A stretch of DNA of 64,000 nt, from contig NC_000964.3 of assembly GCF_000009045.1 (NCBI RefSeq), forward strand, positions 434,001 through 498,000, in the 5' to 3' direction. This document shows, piece after piece, positions 58,989 to 64,000 of the stretch. Source of the stretch: Bacillus subtilis subsp. subtilis str. 168 (GTDB taxonomy: Bacteria > Bacillota > Bacilli > Bacillales > Bacillaceae). Within the stretch, counting starts at the first letter, position 1; every line of letters begins with the position of its first letter. The notes below the pieces were generated by a model that saw only the letters and a program-made list of their open reading frames with translations, ran no database searches and was not told the origin of the DNA. Position numbers and translations under genes: made by a program.

Positions 58989-59441
58989 TTATGATCCTGT
59001 TTTAATCTTTCTCTGCACACTGCCGTCAGCTAAATGAACAATGACCTCAGTGCCTTTATGCGCCGCGATTTCCTTTGCCCGTTCAATCGCTTCTTTCTTT
59101 GTATCCTTGATTTCAGACACACGTTTGGCGCCCTCGGCTTTGACTGCCCAGCCTTTTTTATGCTTAATAACATGCTCTGCTTTATTCATGAGCTCGGGGC
59201 CGCTGCCGCTGCTTGGATCAGCATCGCGTTCTGTCTCATCATCATGCGTCAGGAAATCATCAATTTCATCTGTAGAGGCGTTTTCCGCCCATTCCTTCGC
59301 TTTGCTTGTCGCAATTGGAATCGCGCGCCCTTCCTCATAGCCTTCATCAATCATCGCATTCGCAATGTCTATCGCCTTTTTTCTCACCGGCTTCTCAAGA
59401 TTTTTTAATGAAGCAGGATAATCCTTCATCGACCAAGGCAT
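58989..59441 (-). CDS. ydaT: General stress protein with C-terminal DUF2188-like domain
   Basis: MPWSMKDYPASLKNL, RAIPIA, HVIKHKKGWAVK; ATG 59441 after AAAGGAG. Confidence 0.87.
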   Translation of the reverse strand: MPWSMKDYPASLKNLEKPVRKKAIDIANAMIDEGYEEGRAIPIATSKAKEWAENASTDEIDDFLTHDDETERDADPSSGSGPELMNKAEHVIKHKKGWAVKAEGAKRVSEIKDTKKEAIERAKEIAAHKGTEVIVHLADGSVQRKIKTGS

Positions 59442-59472
59442 GTCTATCACTCCTTTTCCTTTTATAAAAATG

Positions 59473-59497
59473 GTACCCGCAGGTGAAAAATAAAAAC
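59473..59497 (-). promoter_or_regulatory. SigB promoter of ydaT
   Basis: GTTTTT-N13-GGGTAC on minus strand. Confidence 0.7.
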
Positions 59498-59558
59498 GCA
59501 TCCGAAAAAATGAAGGTATACTATATAGTAGAAAAAACGGAAGGGAAGTGCGGGTTGG

Positions 59559-60377
59559 GTGCCAACAGAACGAAAAGAAGACTTACATCAGCAATTAAAA
59601 GAGATAGAGAAATGGGAAAAAGATCAGCAAAAAGTCTGGTTTTGGGAAAAGCTCAGCCGTCTCCCGTTTCAACTCCTGGACAAGCTGACACCAGAATTCA
59701 TCCAGAAAAAGATCGGCAAGCTCTTGGATGAGGTCGGCAGCTTTGTTCAAACAGGCGGACAGTACCTGACATCTGAAAAACAGATTATCAGGATGTTTCA
59801 AAAGAAACTGCCGGAGGAGATCTTTGAATCGCTGGAGGACATCCGGAAAGCGCCTCTTCCTGTCATGGATGAAATTGCGGAAGGAATGGGCAAAAACAGA
59901 ACCAACGCAGCAACCGTTCAAGGCGCGACAACCGGTGTGGGCGGCGTGTTTACGCTGGCGGCAGACATTCCGGCAGTGCTTGGCTTATCACTAAAAACAT
60001 TACAGGATATCGCAGTCGCATACGGCTATGACCCAAAGGAGAAAAAAGAACGAGTCTTCATTGTGAAATGCCTGCAGCTTACGTCGGCTGATGTTGTCGG
60101 CAAAAGATCGATTTTGCAGGAATTAAAACACTACGATCAAGACCGTACATATAAGAATGTCGCTTCTCAAATCCAAGGCTGGCGAGAAGTCGTTTTGGGC
60201 TATCGAGACACGTTTGGCTGGAAAAAACTTTTCCAGATAGTGCCGGTTGCCGGAATGGTTTTTGGCGCCGCTGCCAATCGCTCAACATTAAACGACATTA
60301 CCGAGACAGGCATGATGCTGTACAAAAAGAGGCGCATTCTTGAACGACTGAAAGAAACAGAACGAGAGATGGAATAG
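59559..60377 (+). CDS. ydbA: EcsC-family protein
   Basis: QGATTGVGGVFTLAADIP, IAVAYGYDP, FQIVPVAG; GTG start. Confidence 0.85.
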   Translation: MPTERKEDLHQQLKEIEKWEKDQQKVWFWEKLSRLPFQLLDKLTPEFIQKKIGKLLDEVGSFVQTGGQYLTSEKQIIRMFQKKLPEEIFESLEDIRKAPLPVMDEIAEGMGKNRTNAATVQGATTGVGGVFTLAADIPAVLGLSLKTLQDIAVAYGYDPKEKKERVFIVKCLQLTSADVVGKRSILQELKHYDQDRTYKNVASQIQGWREVVLGYRDTFGWKKLFQIVPVAGMVFGAAANRSTLNDITETGMMLYKKRRILERLKETEREME

Positions 60378-60380
60378 CAG

Positions 60381-60416
60381 AAAGCAGACGGACACCGCGA
60401 TCCGCCTGCTTTTTTT
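60381..60416 (+). terminator. Intrinsic terminator of ydbA
   Basis: AAAGCAG-A-CGGA...TCCG-C-CTGCTTTTTTT. Confidence 0.8.
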
Positions 60417-60445
60417 AGTGGAAACATACCCAATGTGTTTTGTTT

Positions 60446-60470
60446 GTTTAAAAGAATTGTGAGCGGGAAT
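60446..60470 (+). promoter_or_regulatory. SigB promoter of gsiB
   Basis: GTTTAA-N13-GGGAAT, near consensus. Confidence 0.9.
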
Positions 60471-60505
60471 ACAACAACCAACACCAATTAAAGGAGGAAT
60501 TCAAA

Positions 60506-60877
60506 ATGGCAGACAATAACAAAATGAGCAGAGAAGAAGCAGGTAGAAAAGGCGGAGAAACAACAAGCAAGAACCATGACAAAGAATTCTATCAAGAGAT
60601 TGGTCAAAAAGGCGGAGAAGCCACTAGCAAAAACCATGACAAAGAATTCTATCAGGAAATCGGCGAAAAAGGCGGAGAAGCCACTAGCAAGAACCATGAC
60701 AAAGAGTTCTATCAAGAAATCGGTGAAAAAGGCGGAGAAGCCACTAGCGAAAATCATGACAAAGAATTCTATCAAGAAATCGGCCGAAAAGGCGGAGAGG
60801 CAACAAGCAAAAATCATGATAAAGAATTCTACCAAGAAATTGGCTCAAAAGGCGGAAACGCCCGCAACAACGACTAA
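60506..60877 (+). CDS. gsiB: Glucose starvation-inducible group-1 LEA-like general stress protein
   Basis: Five 20-aa repeats GxKGGEATSKNHDKEFYQEI; very strong RBS AAAGGAGG. Confidence 0.97.
   Translation: MADNNKMSREEAGRKGGETTSKNHDKEFYQEIGQKGGEATSKNHDKEFYQEIGEKGGEATSKNHDKEFYQEIGEKGGEATSENHDKEFYQEIGRKGGEATSKNHDKEFYQEIGSKGGNARNND
60542..60856 (+). repeat. Five tandem 60-bp coding repeats plus partial sixth in gsiB
   Basis: GGxxxxAAAGGCGGAGA...CATGAcAAAGAaTTCTAtCAaGAaAT units every 60 nt, in frame. Confidence 0.95.
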
Positions 60878-60908
60878 TCAAAAGCATAAAGGCAGACAAC
60901 CTGTAAAT

Positions 60909-60948
60909 AAAAAAGCGATCCGGCACATCAGCTGGATCGCTTTTTTTT
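60909..60948 (+). terminator. Intrinsic terminator of gsiB
   Basis: AAAAAAGCGATCCGGC-ACATCA-GCTGGATCGCTTTTTTTT. Confidence 0.9.
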
Positions 60949-61008
60949 GGAATCTTCTCAATTTATGCCGCTATTGAGATACAATAAGTGAAAAAGGGGT
61001 TTTCGCTA

Positions 61009-61350
61009 ATGTCCAAGATGCAAAACTTGCTCGCCATCGCAAATGAAGTCAAAGAAAAGCACGCCAATTTTTCAATCTCAGAGGTCAACGACCACTGCGT
61101 GCGCCTTGCGGTGTTTACGGGAGAATATGACTGGCACCATCACCCTGACTCAGACGAATTGTTTATTGTTCTTGAAGGGGAGCTGCTGATCGATTTTAAG
61201 GACAAAGAAACCGCGGTGCTCAAAGCAAATGACAGCCTGCTGATCCCTAAAGGCACGGTTCACCGCACACGCTCTTACGTCAGAACGGTAAATCTCTGTG
61301 TGGAGCATAAACAAGCCGAAACCGTCATCATAGAGGAGCAGCCATGCTAA
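61009..61350 (+). CDS. ydbB: Cupin-domain protein
   Basis: WHHHPDSDELFIVLEG and IPKGTVHRT cupin motifs; ATG 61009. Confidence 0.88.
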   Translation: MSKMQNLLAIANEVKEKHANFSISEVNDHCVRLAVFTGEYDWHHHPDSDELFIVLEGELLIDFKDKETAVLKANDSLLIPKGTVHRTRSYVRTVNLCVEHKQAETVIIEEQPC

Positions 61351-61703
61351 TCAAAAAGATGATATGTGAAGTAGATGCTGCAAACGCTGAAGCATTTGCA
61401 AAAGCGCAGTCACAGTGGGAAGCGTTATCGCATATAAGCGGCTTTATCAAACAGGCCGGCGGCTGGCGAAAAACGATAGACGAGCCGCTCACCGCAGAAA
61501 TCATCAGTGTATGGGAAAACAGAGAAGCCTATGATCATTTTATGGAGAACGAACATGACAGCATATACGAGGAAAACGATCAGAAGGCTGTAATTCTTTC
61601 GATAGAGGTGACGGTGTACGAAGAGGATAAACCGTTCGTTCACGATCTGTTACATAACCCCGATATCCGGTACGAACCAAACTGGACGGTTCTGAAGGCA
61701 TAA
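61344..61703 (+). CDS. ydbC: Dimeric alpha/beta-barrel (ABM-like, DUF4937) protein
   Basis: AQSQWEAL, GFIKQAGGW, SVWENREAYDHFMENEHD; overlaps ydbB stop. Confidence 0.8.
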   Translation: MLIKKMICEVDAANAEAFAKAQSQWEALSHISGFIKQAGGWRKTIDEPLTAEIISVWENREAYDHFMENEHDSIYEENDQKAVILSIEVTVYEEDKPFVHDLLHNPDIRYEPNWTVLKA

Positions 61704-61706
61704 TCA

Positions 61707-61733
61707 AAGCCCAAAACATCATGTTTTGGGCTT
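61707..61733. terminator. Hairpin/terminator between convergent ydbC and ydbD
   Basis: AAGCCCAAAACAT-C-ATGTTTTGGGCTT. Confidence 0.75.
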
Positions 61734-61739
61734 GTCTCT

Positions 61740-62561
61740 TTACTCGCGTCCCGGAAGTGTATTATGAACAAAAGGCGGTGCTGGTTTTAACTCCGGTTTT
61801 TCTCCAAACGTTTTTGCTTCTTTCACATATTCAAAGGCTTCTCCGTCCGGCGCTTTTTCATTCAGCCAGTTTTGCTCGGCGCTTACTTCGCCTTCAGAGA
61901 AATTGATAAGCTGATGTGAGAACTCTTGTTTTTCGAGCGCTTTCGGGAATGTACCCGGCACAACCGGACCTTCCTGTGCTTCTAATTCTTTAATGGCGGC
62001 GAGCCATTGGTTCTGGTGCATCGTGTCACGCGCCAGCAGGAAGCTGAGCATATCTTTGACGCCTTTGTCATCCGTCATTTCAAACAGGCGTGCGACCTGC
62101 AGACGGCCCTGAGATTCCGCATTCAGGTTGGCGCGGAAGTCTGCCAGCAGGTTTCCGCTTGCTACGATATAACCGCCGCTCCAAGGTACGCCTGTACTGC
62201 TTTCCGGCATGGCGCCAAGTCCTGATACAATCGCATGGTGAGGGTTCATGCCGCCTAGGATGGAGCCGATGACCGGATCTTCAGCAGCTTTTTCCTGCTG
62301 ATCAAGAGGGGCATCCTCAAGAAGTCTGGCAATCATCGTTGCGATCATTTCAACATGCCCGAGCTCCTCAGTTGCCGTATCCATCAGCAAGTCCTTGTAT
62401 TTTTCATTTCCTCTTGTGTTCCAGCCTTGAAATAAGTACTGCATGGCAACTGAAATTTCTCCGAATTGCCCGCCTAAAATTTCTTGCATTTTTTTAGCGA
62501 ATAATGGATCTGGACGATCTGGTTTAGCAGGATGCTGCAGCATTTTTGTGTGCTTAAACAT
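61740..62561 (-). CDS. ydbD: Manganese catalase-family general stress protein
   Basis: GGQFGEISVAMQY, TEELGHVEM, ESQGR, RDTMHQNQW. Confidence 0.92.
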   Translation of the reverse strand: MFKHTKMLQHPAKPDRPDPLFAKKMQEILGGQFGEISVAMQYLFQGWNTRGNEKYKDLLMDTATEELGHVEMIATMIARLLEDAPLDQQEKAAEDPVIGSILGGMNPHHAIVSGLGAMPESSTGVPWSGGYIVASGNLLADFRANLNAESQGRLQVARLFEMTDDKGVKDMLSFLLARDTMHQNQWLAAIKELEAQEGPVVPGTFPKALEKQEFSHQLINFSEGEVSAEQNWLNEKAPDGEAFEYVKEAKTFGEKPELKPAPPFVHNTLPGRE

Positions 62562-62595
62562 GTACCCATCTCCTTTTTCGTTTATCTCTTTTTAT

Positions 62596-62620
62596 ATTTC
62601 CGATCGATAGAAAGATAAAC
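62596..62620 (-). promoter_or_regulatory. SigB promoter of ydbD
   Basis: GTTTAT-N13-GGAAAT on minus strand. Confidence 0.65.
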
Positions 62621-62645
62621 GAAAAACAGCGTATCGAGATGGGAA

Positions 62646-63698
62646 CTATGAATCTTTTCGCAGCTCCAACAGTTCCCGGATCAGCTCCCGGCCAAAGATG
62701 GGCTCATACTGCCGGTAAACAGGGTCAAGACGCTTCATCCATTCTTGTTTCTCTTTATCTGACAGCTCATAAATATGTATAGCAGAATTCTTTTTGATTT
62801 CTTCCAGCTGCTCCTTGTTCATTTGTTCGGCATACGTTTCATTCCACTCCGTTGTCTCCTTCATCGCTTCAGTCAAAATGCGTCTTGTTTCTGGTGTTTG
62901 CGCCTTCCAGAAGTGTTCATCAGTCATGACAGCGTAGCCGAGATAACCGTGGCTGCTTATTGTCAAATAGTCCTGAACATTATAAAATTTTTTAGAATAG
63001 ATGTTTGAAATTGTATTTTCTTCGCCATCGACTACATTGTTTTCTAACAGCTGAAAGGTAGAATTGAAGGATTCCTGATGAGGTGTTGCGCCAAGCAGCT
63101 TGAACTGATCCTCAATCACATCGCTTTGCATAATGCGCAGATCCTGCCCTTTTAAGTCATCCGGTGTTTTGACCGGCCCTTGATTTGTTGTGATTTGCTT
63201 AAAGCCGTTCGTCCAATAGGCCAATCCTTTCAATTGGTTTTTCTTTAGAGAATCAAACAGCTGTGTGCCGATGCTTCCGTTCAGCCCTTTTTTGACGGCG
63301 TTGTAATCTGTAAATGCATACGGCAGATCCAGCACTCCCCATTCAGGCGAGAGCATGCCGAGCTTCGATGTGGAGGGGGCGATAAATTGAACATCGCCGT
63401 TTTGCAATGCTTCAATTTCTTCAATGTCCGAGTACAGGCTTCCATTCGGAAATACTTCTATTTTTATTTTTCCGCCTGATTTTTCGTTCACCAGATCAGC
63501 GAATTTATTGGCGGCCAGCCCTTTTGGCGTATTTTCAGCAACCACGTGGCTGAATTTAAACACGATTTGATCCTGCAGGCCTTCCTGGTCGTCATCATAA
63601 ACAATCTTTTTATTGCCGGTATGATCATGGAATCCGATAAATAAAGCGGTTGCAATTCCAGCGATCATCAGTGCGAGACATGCAAGCAAACTCTTCAT
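62646..63698 (-). CDS. dctB: TRAP (DctP-family) C4-dicarboxylate-binding protein
   Basis: KFSHVVAENTPKG, EVFPNGSL, DLKGQDLRIM, DGEEN; N-terminal membrane anchor; synonym ydbE. Confidence 0.92.
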   Translation of the reverse strand: MKSLLACLALMIAGIATALFIGFHDHTGNKKIVYDDDQEGLQDQIVFKFSHVVAENTPKGLAANKFADLVNEKSGGKIKIEVFPNGSLYSDIEEIEALQNGDVQFIAPSTSKLGMLSPEWGVLDLPYAFTDYNAVKKGLNGSIGTQLFDSLKKNQLKGLAYWTNGFKQITTNQGPVKTPDDLKGQDLRIMQSDVIEDQFKLLGATPHQESFNSTFQLLENNVVDGEENTISNIYSKKFYNVQDYLTISSHGYLGYAVMTDEHFWKAQTPETRRILTEAMKETTEWNETYAEQMNKEQLEEIKKNSAIHIYELSDKEKQEWMKRLDPVYRQYEPIFGRELIRELLELRKDS

Positions 63699-63767
63699 GA
63701 AAAGCCCTCCCCTATGTTAAGGATAATGGGGGCTATGACATTCGTAAAGACCTGAAAGGAGAAGCTG

Positions 63768-64000
63768 ATGAACAAAAAGAAGCTCTCAATCCGTTGGAAA
63801 ATCACGATCTTATCCTATATACTCGTCATTTTCTCCTTTTTGATCGGCGGCATTGTGCTCATCGGCAACATTCAGCATACAGAGGAGCGGGAGCTGAAAA
63901 AGCGGCTGATGAATACGGCCCGGACGGTGTCAGAGATGACAGAAGTGAAAGAAGCCTTGGCGCGAAAAAAACAAACAGAAGCGGTTCGCCATGCGGTTGA
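63768..64000 (+). CDS. dctS: C4-dicarboxylate sensor histidine kinase, 5' part (truncated by window end)
   Basis: Manual translation MNKKKLSIRWKITILSYILVIFSFLIGGIVLIGNIQHTEERELKKRLMNTARTVSEM...; RBS GAAAGGAG; frame differs from ORF-track call at 63794. Confidence 0.88.
   Translation, partial: MNKKKLSIRWKITILSYILVIFSFLIGGIVLIGNIQHTEERELKKRLMNTARTVSEMTEVKEALARKKQTEAVRHAV

Noticed and set aside
60542-60856. Regular 60-bp repeats as a possible CRISPR array or VNTR element
   Set aside because: Contiguous in-frame coding repeats of GsiB, no unique spacers, no cas genes; the 60576-60977 ORF is their frame shadow
63794-64000. ORF-track 68-aa ORF at window end
   Set aside because: Wrong frame; the RBS-supported DctS frame begins at 63768

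Overview
A chromosomal segment of Bacillus subtilis. Gene order and proteins match, from my recollection, the strain 168 region yclO to dctS (about 37-43 degrees on the map); no database search was run. It is core/housekeeping DNA, mostly + strand. I see no rRNA, tRNA, CRISPR array, prophage, IS or integrase. Contents in order: petrobactin-type iron ABC transporter end (yclOPQ), ycnCB efflux/TetR pair, nfrA2/ycnE/yczG, GABA use (gabR-gabTD), spore glucose uptake (glcU-gdh), copper uptake (ycnKJI) with ycnL, mannitol PTS (mtlAFD, distant mtlR), ycsA, sipU, yczH/ycsD/yczO/ycsE, the 5-oxoprolinase/kip operon, pbpC, a SigB-rich stress block (ydaDE, ydaG, ydaP, ydaTS, gsiB, ydbD), amj, lrpC-topB, the ydaJKLMN exopolysaccharide operon, a c-di-AMP riboswitch with kimA, mutT, mntH, dctB and the start of dctS. 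I found no wholly new multi-gene system. The best leads are non-coding: a near-consensus ECF-sigma promoter before the EPS operon, a SigB-like promoter antisense to ydzK, a structured ~380-nt ydaG-amj intergenic RNA locus with a long-range inverted repeat, a parS-like site, candidate operators for uncharacterised regulators, and odd elements in the kimA leader. Start codons were trimmed to RBS-supported positions where the ORF track over-extends.
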